From assembly GCA_030614005.1 (NCBI GenBank), contig JAUWKS010000016.1, positions 27,560-59,559 on the forward strand: a DNA stretch of 32,000 bases, given 5' to 3'. Each line of letters begins with the position of its first letter. The stretch's first letter is position 1. The notes under the pieces were generated by a model that was not told the origin of the DNA, did no database searches, and saw only the letters and a program-made list of their open reading frames with translations. The position numbers and the translations under genes are program-made. The DNA comes from Candidatus Heimdallarchaeota archaeon (lineage in GTDB: Archaea > Asgardarchaeota > Heimdallarchaeia > JABLTI01). Positions 17,239 to 27,047 of this stretch are shown piece after piece.

Positions 17239-19011
17239 TTAGTAAACCTTCCAAGATTCCTTATCATAATCATATAACTCGTGGTAGGGTATGAATTTCG
17301 ATTTCATTATTTTAATTGTGTAAAAAGTTGGAAAAATACCAGACTTATTGAAAAGAGTCTCAATAGTATTTCTAATTGGATGTTGGGCATTAGCTCCAGG
17401 TATTGTTAGAATTATCGAATCATAAACATTCATTTGTCCGAAAAAAGAGAAAACACGAAGCTGCTCAATAATGTCATTTATTTCTTTTTCCTTAGAAAAA
17501 TCAAGCAATGGAATTTCAACATTTAAAATATCCGAACCTCGTCTATTGAAATTTAGCATAAAAAGAGAGTATGATAGAAGGTCTCTACGCCTTGCTCTAA
17601 TTTCGATTTGATTGAGAAAATCCATTTTCTCACTTATGATGGAATCAGACAATTTATTTTTTTCATATAATTTGGAGAGTTCGTTAACCCAAACAGTGTA
17701 ATTTGCTCTAACTAAATATCTTCCTTTTAATAGAGATAAAAAGTAAAGAAGATTATAATCAAGTGATTCTGAATAGTACTCAAATTCAGTTGAAAAATCT
17801 CGTTTTTCATCAGCAAAGAGATATTTTCTTAAATTTTCTTGTTCACCATTAACGAATGAGTTAAAATTTTCAATTGTATTTTTATACGGATAGGAAGTAA
17901 CTGTGCCATAGTGAATTTTTCTTCGTACTAATTGAATACTATAATCATCAATTAAATTCTTGTCCTTATACCTTGACAAAAGTCTTGCCAGATTATCACT
18001 TGAAGTATGAGGGCATAATAGGGTAGCAGAGTAAAGAATAGTCGATTGTTCAGTTTCACCTGAAAACAAAGACTTCAAATATGGATTCTCAGATATCTTA
18101 TCAGCGATAATATCAATATTTTTCGTTTCCTTTAATGAAACTTTAACATAATAATTATGAAGATTCAATTTTTGAAAATTGAATACTGCTCTCCAAAAAG
18201 TATAGAAAGTAGAGGTTAATCCTTCAAAATATTTTCTAACTGTAGACTGATTAACTTCTAAATTACGGCTGATTTGTTTGGTTGTTCCACCTTCAAACCC
18301 ATATTTCAATAATTGATCTAATACATTGATTAATTTCCAGTTGATGTATATCGGAGCTATTACGTCATCGATTTTTACTGTTAGATTTGTTACCCAATTG
18401 CTAAAAGAACTAACTCTTTTTTCTGATGAGGGATCATCTACATTCGAATAATAATCAAATAATGACTTAGATGGTATATCCATACTAAATAACAGATTCA
18501 GTAAACTTTGCCATAACTGATAACTTGAATTTGCTATTTCATCTGGAAATATTTTCGAATTAATCCGTATAAAGAGAACATTGCTTATTGAAGAAATTTT
18601 CTCAATTTCTTTGATAAATAAATAACTTAGAATATTGATCAATGATTGATCGAAATCAGAAAATTTCCGTTTAAAAATAATTAAGAAACATGATTTAATT
18701 AAGAAAAAGTATAAGAAGAATTTTCTTGTCCTTGTTGCTGAATCTAAAGCCCATTTTGATAGAATCAATATATTGTCTCTAAATTTTAAACCGATATCAG
18801 TGCAATTTTCTTCATCAATATCTTCAACTCTAATTTCAAAAGAAAAGTCATTATCTATTATAATTCCATAATAATCTGCAACGTTTTTTAGTAAAGCTGA
18901 AACAGCTTTATGAAAAAAAGTTTGGATAACATCAGGTTCTTCGTTTGTTTCTATTTTTTCAAGAAATTTCAGAATTTCCTTTTTGATAATGGAACTCATT
19001 ATCTTATTCAA
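17239..19011 (-). CDS. Large HTH/Lrp-AsnC-like putative transcription regulator with unknown N-terminal domain
   Basis: Central HTH TTKQISRNLEVNQSTVRKYFEGL followed by FNFQKLNLHNYYVKV (Lrp linker, NxxKLGL-like) and a ferredoxin-like/RAM region; a second degenerate unit appears near the C-terminus. Confidence 0.6.
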   Translation of the reverse strand: MNKIMSSIIKKEILKFLEKIETNEEPDVIQTFFHKAVSALLKNVADYYGIIIDNDFSFEIRVEDIDEENCTDIGLKFRDNILILSKWALDSATRTRKFFLYFFLIKSCFLIIFKRKFSDFDQSLINILSYLFIKEIEKISSISNVLFIRINSKIFPDEIANSSYQLWQSLLNLLFSMDIPSKSLFDYYSNVDDPSSEKRVSSFSNWVTNLTVKIDDVIAPIYINWKLINVLDQLLKYGFEGGTTKQISRNLEVNQSTVRKYFEGLTSTFYTFWRAVFNFQKLNLHNYYVKVSLKETKNIDIIADKISENPYLKSLFSGETEQSTILYSATLLCPHTSSDNLARLLSRYKDKNLIDDYSIQLVRRKIHYGTVTSYPYKNTIENFNSFVNGEQENLRKYLFADEKRDFSTEFEYYSESLDYNLLYFLSLLKGRYLVRANYTVWVNELSKLYEKNKLSDSIISEKMDFLNQIEIRARRRDLLSYSLFMLNFNRRGSDILNVEIPLLDFSKEKEINDIIEQLRVFSFFGQMNVYDSIILTIPGANAQHPIRNTIETLFNKSGIFPTFYTIKIMKSKFIPYHELYDYDKESWKVY

Positions 19012-19051
19012 ATACGCTATGCTTTTATGTGTTTTTATCCCTTGATTAGAG

Positions 19052-19092
19052 AAAAAAAGAATTGTTGAGAAGAATGTGTATTATTTCTTCTC
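19052..19092 (-). terminator. Hairpin + U-tract (intrinsic terminator/attenuator-like)
   Basis: Minus strand GAGAAGAA-ataatacaca-TTCTTCTC (perfect 8-bp stem), then aacaattc and T7. Confidence 0.55.
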
Positions 19093-19115
19093 GATAGTGG
19101 GTACTTGTTAATTGT

Positions 19116-19262
19116 TTAAAATAAACTAGTATCGGTTGGGCTTGCGCCATTTTCGGTTTCAGATACTCCGCCAATTGCTTCGTCTAAAGTTATCCCACCA
19201 GCTACCAATAAGGAAAGCAGCATTACGACTATTGTAGTTACTTTTGGATTGATTTTCTTCAA
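19116..19262 (-). CDS. Unannotated 48-aa small protein with signal-peptide-like N-terminus
   Basis: TTG start with GAGGT 9 nt upstream; MKKINPKVTTIVVMLLSLLVAGGITLDEAIGGVSETENGASPTDTSLF*. Basic n-region, hydrophobic h-region, acidic tail; below the ORF-track cutoff. Confidence 0.6.
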   Translation of the reverse strand: MKKINPKVTTIVVMLLSLLVAGGITLDEAIGGVSETENGASPTDTSLF

Positions 19263-19287
19263 CTCGTTCGAACCTCGTTAAATAATC

Positions 19288-19310
19288 TAGTGTGTGGATT
19301 AAGCACACTA
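19288..19310. promoter_or_regulatory. Palindrome, candidate operator or 5'-leader hairpin upstream of the small ORF
   Basis: TAGTGTG-N9-CACACTA; a TATA-like ATAAATATAAATA lies upstream on the minus strand near 19337-19349. Confidence 0.4.
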
Positions 19311-19998
19311 TTAAGCTAGTCTTACAAAGATAGTGCTATTTATATTTATCGTAAAAAATAGGTCTTTATTTAATAGATAAAACATTTTTTTGAAAGTTCT
19401 ACTGACAAAAATAACATTGTCCAGAGAAAGTCTAGAAACAAACTTAAAGAAATACTCAGAAAAATGGTCTTTCAATCAAAGGAAAGCGGGACAAACCAGA
19501 AAAAAAAGATTTAGTCGGCTCCTTGAGCCTCCTTAATTCTATCTAGAAAACGTTGTGCTTCCTTTAAACGTGGATTTATTTCTAATATTTTCTGAATTGC
19601 TTCAATAAATAGATCAAAAAAGAATGATGAATATTTTGCAGAAGCAGAGAGATTTACTCACGCATAAAAGGCAATGTTCCAGAAGTAAAATTCAAAGAAT
19701 TTCTCAAGGAGTAAAAAGCAATAAACAGGGAAGCTGATGAAGAAACAATTCAATGGTTACAAAATCATATTGTTTTCATCAATGAGATGAATATAGATAG
19801 TGCAACAGTATACATCTTCTTACGTAGCTTAAATTACCAAAAATAGAAAAATGACTACTTTATTGCAAAAAGTTGCAGATTTAATTGATTTTAACATTTT
19901 GTAAAATAAAAATCACCTTTGAGAAGAAATTAAGCCCCAGAATGTTTTTAATTTATATCGATTTATTGTTATTCAGTTTTTCTGGAGAGAGAAGAAAT

Positions 19999-20460
19999 AT
20001 GAGTGAAACAAAATACTGTCCAATCTGTGGAACAATGAATGATACTTAAAATGTTTTTTGTGGTAACTGTGGAAGCAATATGGATCAACCAGCTAATTCA
20101 ACACCCACCATCCAACCAATCCCTCAACCTCAACACTCACCACCACAAGAAACTCAGAGAATGTATTCTACTCAATATGTAGCAAAACCCCAAACAAGTT
20201 CACCAACAACATTAGGAATTATCGGGTTTATACTGAACATTATTACTTTTGTTGGATTGTCATGGGGGAGTTGGGTGGTCCGTCTCTATTTAGTAATAAT
20301 CTTCTTTGTTGTAGCAATAGCAGGGATAATTATGTCAGCTACTTCAATCAAGAAAAGTAGAACATTAAGTGTTGTAGGATTAGTCTTAGGAATATTAGGA
20401 GCATTGCCAATTCTTGGAGCATTGTTTATATTGATAATATTTTATATAATGATCCTATAA
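19999..20460 (+). pseudogene. Zinc-ribbon membrane protein with in-frame TAA (20047-20049)
   Basis: ATG 19999 reads MSETKYCPICGTMNDT*NVFCGNCGSNMDQ..., in frame with ORF 20080..20460 (P/Q-rich linker plus TM helices). Confidence 0.7.
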
Positions 20461-20564
20461 TCTCCTTTTTTAGAACTGGTTCAGCTGAAAAAAAGTAATT
20501 ATCAGATTTGAAGTAGCGTTCTAATTTTCTTATTAATAAAATAGATTGCTTATTGGGGATTATT

Positions 20565-20678
20565 ATGAATAAAATGAAACCAATCGTCTATACTGGAATA
20601 GAAAAACAACCATCTTATTGGAGGATCAATGAGAAAATTGCTGATGCCTTCAGGATTGAACGTGAGTTCAATAAATAA
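20565..20678 (+). CDS. Possible 37-aa small ORF or gene remnant
   Basis: GGGGAT upstream; MNKMKPIVYTGIEKQPSYWRINEKIADAFRIEREFNK*. Confidence 0.25.
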   Translation: MNKMKPIVYTGIEKQPSYWRINEKIADAFRIEREFNK

Positions 20679-20856
20679 ACACAACTCATTTTCAATAGAA
20701 CTTTTTTATTCAATTTAATAAAACCACAAATATTAATGTGTTGAATTTAGAATCTAGTTTTAATTAATTTTTTTTCATATAAGTAAATTTATTGAATATT
20801 AATAGATAGAAGATCTAACAAAGCCACTACTTCATCTCTTTTCAGATGTTCAAAAA

Positions 20857-22311
20857 CTACTTTTGATTGATTGTGAAATAAAATGTTGCACCCTGATTTA
20901 TTTCCCCTTCAGCCCAAATCTTTCCATCAAGTTTTTGAATTATACGCTTAACAGTAGCCAAACCAATACCCGACCCTTCAAATTCTTCAATAGTATGTAA
21001 TCGCTGGAAAACTCCAAAGAGTTTATCAATATATTTCATATCAAAACCAACACCATTATCCCTTACAAAAAAGACAGTCGTGTTATCTTGATCTAATGTA
21101 CCGAATTCGATTTTTGGATTGGAATTTGCTGTTGAAAATTTCAAAGCATTACCAAAGAGATTTTCAAGAATGATACGAATAAGCTTCGGATCGCTGTTAA
21201 TAGACATATCTTCTTGAATGTGATATACCACTTTATAATCAGGATATAGTAAAAGTAAATCTTTCAGTATGTCATCTGCTAGATTACTTAAATCAATAGA
21301 TTCTATATTATAATCAGTATAACGTAAAGTGTTTGATAACTTGAGCAAATCAGTAATTAAATGGTCCATTCTATCACTACTTTTTATTATTCTCTCGAGA
21401 AAATCTTTTCCTTCCGCATCAAGGTTACTTGAAAAATCTTGTGAAAGAGCTTTACTAAAACCCTGTATGCTTCGCAGAGGAGATTTAAGATCATGACTAA
21501 CTGAATAAGAAAATGATTCGAGCTCTTCGAGAGCTTCTTTGAGTTGTAATGTTCGCTCGGTTACTTCGTCTTCGAGATGTACACTTAGTATACGGTATTT
21601 TTCTTCCGAGGATGCTAGCCGTGATTCAACGGGTGCAGCTAACGCTGTGGTCAACATAAGCGTAATAAAAACGAAATTAAATGCATAGTTCAAAGGATGA
21701 CCCCACCAAGCATAAACTGTTAATATAGTAGTTGTTGCAGTAACTGCTCCAATAATAAAAGTATAGAACATAAATAAGCGAGTAATTGTTCTTTGTTTGC
21801 GATAAATCTTCATCACAAGAAACAAAATTGGAACAAGTAAAGTAATCATCAGCAAAGCGATTACCACTAAAATAGTAAGAAACAAGAATAATTGCAACAG
21901 TATAATAATTAAAATACAAAACAAAAGTGAAACAGAAAATATTAGTACTAGAAATTTTTTCTCATTCTTCGAATGATGTTCATCGGTTATAGGCTTAAAT
22001 ACTGACAAATAATATTCTTTGAATGTTGAAGCAATTACTACTAATAATGCTATTACAATAAGACCATTACCAACATAGGCAATTTTAGGATTTACTTGTT
22101 TAAAAATAAATAAAACATGACTGATGGCGTAAATAATAATTGCTATGAACCAATCTCGAAGGTCAGGTCTTTTTCTCCAAGAAAACCAAAATATAAAGAA
22201 AGTAAAAACTACTTGTACTGCCATTAATATGTTAAGTATCAATATAAATTGATCAACCATCAAAATCACAAGTGAATTTATTGTCTTTCCGAAATTTAAC
22301 CTAGTAACCAT
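20857..22311 (-). CDS. Membrane sensor histidine kinase (about 7 TM + HisKA + HATPase_c)
   Basis: H-box FSYSVSHDLKSPL, N-box NLFGNALKF, G1 DNGVGF, F-box LFGVFQRLH, G2 GSGIGLA; about seven hydrophobic N-terminal segments. Confidence 0.92.
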   Translation of the reverse strand: MVTRLNFGKTINSLVILMVDQFILILNILMAVQVVFTFFIFWFSWRKRPDLRDWFIAIIIYAISHVLFIFKQVNPKIAYVGNGLIVIALLVVIASTFKEYYLSVFKPITDEHHSKNEKKFLVLIFSVSLLFCILIIILLQLFLFLTILVVIALLMITLLVPILFLVMKIYRKQRTITRLFMFYTFIIGAVTATTTILTVYAWWGHPLNYAFNFVFITLMLTTALAAPVESRLASSEEKYRILSVHLEDEVTERTLQLKEALEELESFSYSVSHDLKSPLRSIQGFSKALSQDFSSNLDAEGKDFLERIIKSSDRMDHLITDLLKLSNTLRYTDYNIESIDLSNLADDILKDLLLLYPDYKVVYHIQEDMSINSDPKLIRIILENLFGNALKFSTANSNPKIEFGTLDQDNTTVFFVRDNGVGFDMKYIDKLFGVFQRLHTIEEFEGSGIGLATVKRIIQKLDGKIWAEGEINQGATFYFTINQK

Positions 22312-22448
22312 TGTTGTTCTGTTATAAATCTCTTATTCTAGATGATGTTTGCAGAATCAGCTGGAAGAGAAAAAAAAGAAGAAATATGCACTCAAAACGA
22401 GTACTAAGTGATGTTGATTAATCTTGCAAGTCTTAAATGAATTTAATA

Positions 22449-25261
22449 TTATTTCTGAAGTAGAGTTACTATTTGTTTTCTTTGCATAGTAAATAGGAAT
22501 GGTTGGAGTGTAAGTAATGTAGTGATTGAAAGGAGAGGTATTAAAAATAGAATATAAACTGGTTTTATGTTGATCGCAATAGGAATAATAATTTGATCCA
22601 TAAAAAATGGAGGAGTAATTGTTAATGCCAAATAAACTAGTAGAAAACCTATCGACAAACCAAATAAAATACTTAGAAATAAAATAAAAACAAGTTCAAT
22701 TAGCAATTCTTTGTACAAATTTTTGAAAGTATTTCCAAGAGCAAAATAGATACTTTCAGCGAACTTTCTTTTATGTAAAGAAAAATTTAAACAACCAACA
22801 ATTAAAGAGGAGCTAAGGAGAATAACAAGAATAGTTTCCAGATAAAGGTAAAAATGTATGTCAGGCAAATATTTTGCAACATAATCTCTGATTGTGCTAT
22901 CTACAGAGATAGCGGGATTTACTTTAGTTATAATAGAAGATGACATTAACTTTTCAGTAACTTCAGACAAGGTATAATCAGGTTCCTTAGAGGCAAAAAA
23001 TAATTCAACATTTAATAGTTGATAATCTGTTATCATACGAATTTCATGTATAAAAACAAAATCACTATTGGTATCAGTAGATAAGCCAAATCCAGGAGCG
23101 GAATGCAAAATTCCAACTATTAAAAATGAAGAATCACCTTGCCCGTACAGAGTTTGAATGTCTCTGATTTTTATTAAATCACCTATGTTATAATTATAGA
23201 TATCAGCTAATCCCTCACTGATAATTATTCCATAAGGCTGTAAGGTCAATTGATGCAATAATTCTGAAGTATTCATATTTTGATAAGAAGAAGGATAATA
23301 TTTCTCATTAAAACTACTTGGATGCCATCGAGCGATACGAGCAAATTTGTCAGGATTAACACCATAGATGGTAATAGATCTGTACAAAACTTTGCCTGAG
23401 AGCTCAAAAAAAGGCATTGCTTCCGTTATTTCTTCATAGTTTCTGAGTGTATTTGAAAACTGGTAATCTGTTTCGACTGTATGAATACGTAAATCTGCTC
23501 CTTCGTTGTAAAAAATAGTTTGTTGTTCATTATTATTTAATGAATTTGCTATTGTTAAATTGGTTATAGAAGAGGAAAAAAACACCATTGCTAATAATAG
23601 AATAACACCGATTTCATTTCTATTGGATTTGAAATTTTGAACAAGAAAGAAACCAGTATGGGGGAACAATTTCCTAAAAATTTTCTTTGATTTGGATAGC
23701 AAGAAAACTATTCCTATTGATAAAAGAATAAGAAAACACTGGGAGAAAATTAGAAACAATGCGAGAAGAAATGCACTGTCTTTTACATGAGAGAGAGAAT
23801 AAGGACTAACATAAGCGATTTCCTGAGAAAAAACAATAGAACGATAAATCAGATAGCCCAGTAAGGACAAGGTCAATACTATCCCAGATATCAACGAAAT
23901 GTTGAACAGAAATTTTATTCGTTCCTTTTTCTGCCTTTCTTCCAGCACTTGGTTAATCGAGTGATTCGTTCGAAGCACTACAAATAGAATAGTAGTAAAA
24001 ATGAAAATTGCTAAAGTGATAAAATAAGAGAGAAAAGGAAATTTCAGTACAGCAAGAAAGGTAGTAAAAACTTCAAACGAAGAATTTCCAGATGACAATG
24101 TGGGAATCAATGCTGCAAAGAGAAATGAACAAAGCAAAGAGATAAGGGATACAAAAAGTATGATTAGAGTAAACTCGGTGCTTAACAAGCTGATAATTTG
24201 ATTTCGACCAGCATTTCTAGCTGCCAAAGTTTTGATACTATTTTTTCTCTCAGCAATAATAAGATTAGAAACAATCAGTGATGACAATAATCCCAAAGTG
24301 ACAATTGGGATAAGAATAATGAAGTATAAATTTGCTTGATGAAATGCTAAAGATAATTCGGTGAAAGGTTCTTCGAGAAGATAAGCAAATATCGAAGGAT
24401 TTCTAGTAGTCAAAATATCGCGGAAATATACCGCCTGAGAATAGAGACCATCTATTCCATTTTGAGACATAAACTCATTAGTTAATTTTGACAGAATAAT
24501 AGGATATAATCCATTGTCCTCCATTAGCTCGATATCTAAACCATCAAGATTGTCACGCAAGAAAATAACAGAATTATAAAGATAATTACGAGCAAAAGCT
24601 TCTTGTAACGTTGTGAATGAGGGTATCACTTGGTAAATACCTCGAACAGTTACATTGTAAAAATGAAGAGGTTGATAAGCTAATAGTATTGTATGATAAC
24701 CAATTTCTGGGCTATTTCGACAGATACTAAGATTTATCTGCATCCCAGGAACAATCATTTGATTGGTGGCAATTGATAGCTGTTGTGCTTGACTAGTACT
24801 AAGAAGCACTTCATTCTCTTCTAGAGAAAAATCACATCAACAGTAAATTGATGGTCAATACGTTCTAGAGCTTCTTGTGTTGGCAATAACAAGGAAGAAA
24901 GGAATACTGGTCTTTCTTGATCCAATTGTGATTCATACGGAAGAAAGGAGTAAAATGGATCTTTATCCACTGCATTGAATAACGCACTGTTATAATAATA
25001 TTCATCAGCAGAAAGGACTTCTGATTGATTTTCAAGCCAGCTAGTTATATCATGTATTGTAGCCGGATTAAAAGAATGAATTCTCAATTCGTAATCTACA
25101 TCACCCATGAAATCATCAATAAGAAAATCTTCAGAAGATTGCGACCAGAGAGTCAAGGAAAATAGAATAGTCATTGAAATAAAGATACTAAGAGCAAAGA
25201 GTAGCGTCTTTCGCTTATGGTTCATAATATTCCGAAATGAATGGGTTAGAAAAAACCTCAT
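22449..25261 (-). pseudogene. FtsX/MacB-type ABC permease split by a 1-nt deletion (about 937 aa if repaired)
   Basis: ORFs 24821..25261 and 22449..24809 join as ...FTVD-G-DFSLEENEVLLS if one G is restored at 24835. Two FtsX repeats (LAARNAGRNQI; EGADLRI). Confidence 0.8.
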
Positions 25262-25388
25262 TATAACCGACCCTTCTATTCCTCAATGGACTATTATGGT
25301 TTGAATACTTAACTATTATCCAAAATTTTTTTGGTTTAATCTATTTAAATTAAATGTAAAATTTTGTAGGAAAAAATCCCCTTTTTAC

Positions 25389-27041
25389 TTATTTGACTAA
25401 ACCATCTTTGGAAATCTGACCATCAATTAGTTGAACGATTCTCATACCATTTTTTAACAAATTAATATCATGGGTAGCAATTATTATCGTAAGGTTATAC
25501 TTTTGATGAAGCTCATAGATGCGATTCATTACTTGTTCCGCTAATTCAGCATCCATATTTGCTGTGGGTTCATCGAGAATTAAAATACTTGGAGACTTAT
25601 AATTTGCAATAGCTAATGATGCTCTTTGTAATTCTCCACCTGAAATTTCAAGTGGATATGAATTTTTTCGATGAATTATCTCGAAATCTTCTAAGAGTTT
25701 GCTATTTTGTTCTAAATCTATTTGATCTGATCTTATTTTCTCGCCGGCTATAATATCTTTTAAAATGATATTTTCTTCAATAGTTAAATATGGATGCAGA
25801 TTTCCTTGTTGGGGAACTATGCCGAATGTTTCTAACCTGAACTGTGCTTTTTCTTCATCATTGAGGTTGCTAAAGTTTACACCCTTTATTATTATCTCTC
25901 CGAAAGAATGCAATTCAACTCCACTGATAAGTTTGATTAGTGTTGTTTTTCCAGAACCACTTGGACCTAAAATAAAAATTAGTTCCCCTTTGTGAATATT
26001 CAAGTTTATGTTTTTTAATGCTTCAACATTTTCTCCCTTTTTTTCATAGATTTTAGATATATTTCTAAATTTGATATCAATTTCTTGATCTTGATGATAA
26101 TCAGTTGGTATATCTTTTAAAATCAATTTCTTGCGTCTTACTTTCAGCTCTTTTAATACTATTTTTTCTATTGAAACTTTTTTTGGATTTCTTACTCGAA
26201 CATCAACATCCTCAGATATTTCGAATTCAACATCAGTCTGAATTTTTAATTTTTCGATAACTAAATCGGGTAATCGAACACTATTTGAAGAATCAAGTTG
26301 CCTTTTGTATCTTATTGGGAATTTTGTTTGTCCGCCATAGATCATTTGTTCTTCTTTACCCATGAGAATAGAAACACGACCATTTCGAATTTCACATGTT
26401 TTATCAACCCCCTCTAAAAACCGTTCATCATGGGTTACTACAAGAACTGTTGTACCAAAGCTGCGAGCGATATTTCGCAACGTTTCTTTGACTTTCTCTG
26501 TATTTTCACTATCAAGTTGACCCGTTGGTTCGTCACACAACAACAATGGAACTCTCTTAACAAGAGCACATGCAATAGCTGTTCTAATCATCTCTCCACC
26601 CGAAAGTAAGCGAACCTTTCGATTAGAAAGATGAGCAATCCCTAATTCATCTAGAATTTTTATTATATTAGATTCCATATTAGCAGTGTCATCAGGTTGG
26701 AGGCTGTAAACAAATACCATATTATCGTATACTGTTCCAGATAAAAAGAGGGTTCTTTCTGGAAATTGGTCAACAATACCAATGGTCTTTAATCGATAAT
26801 ACAATAATTCAGTTTGGTTTAGATCTTCGAGGGTATATTCTCCTACTCTTAGAAACCCACTAGATATTGTTTCAAATCCAGCTAAAATGTTGATTAAGGT
26901 TGTTTTTCCAGAACCGCTAGGGCCAACGATTGAAATAACTTCACCCTTGCCTACTTTTAAGTCAATTCCTCGTAAAGCAGGTACTTTTAGATTTGATGTT
27001 TCATCTAGATAGATTTTTATTAAATCTCTACATTCAATCAT
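25389..27041 (-). CDS. ABC ATPase with two MacB/LolD-type NBDs
   Basis: Two GPSGSGKT Walker A motifs, LSGGE/ISGGE signatures, CDEPT/LDEPT Walker B, VTHD/ATHD switches; GGAGTGA RBS overlaps the upstream stop. Confidence 0.92.
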   Translation of the reverse strand: MIECRDLIKIYLDETSNLKVPALRGIDLKVGKGEVISIVGPSGSGKTTLINILAGFETISSGFLRVGEYTLEDLNQTELLYYRLKTIGIVDQFPERTLFLSGTVYDNMVFVYSLQPDDTANMESNIIKILDELGIAHLSNRKVRLLSGGEMIRTAIACALVKRVPLLLCDEPTGQLDSENTEKVKETLRNIARSFGTTVLVVTHDERFLEGVDKTCEIRNGRVSILMGKEEQMIYGGQTKFPIRYKRQLDSSNSVRLPDLVIEKLKIQTDVEFEISEDVDVRVRNPKKVSIEKIVLKELKVRRKKLILKDIPTDYHQDQEIDIKFRNISKIYEKKGENVEALKNINLNIHKGELIFILGPSGSGKTTLIKLISGVELHSFGEIIIKGVNFSNLNDEEKAQFRLETFGIVPQQGNLHPYLTIEENIILKDIIAGEKIRSDQIDLEQNSKLLEDFEIIHRKNSYPLEISGGELQRASLAIANYKSPSILILDEPTANMDAELAEQVMNRIYELHQKYNLTIIIATHDINLLKNGMRIVQLIDGQISKDGLVK

Positions 27042-27047
27042 TTTACT

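Noticed and set aside
19263-19277. GGTTCGAAC, resembling a tRNA T-loop
   Set aside because: No 5-bp T-stem or cloverleaf; it is the RBS region of the small ORF.
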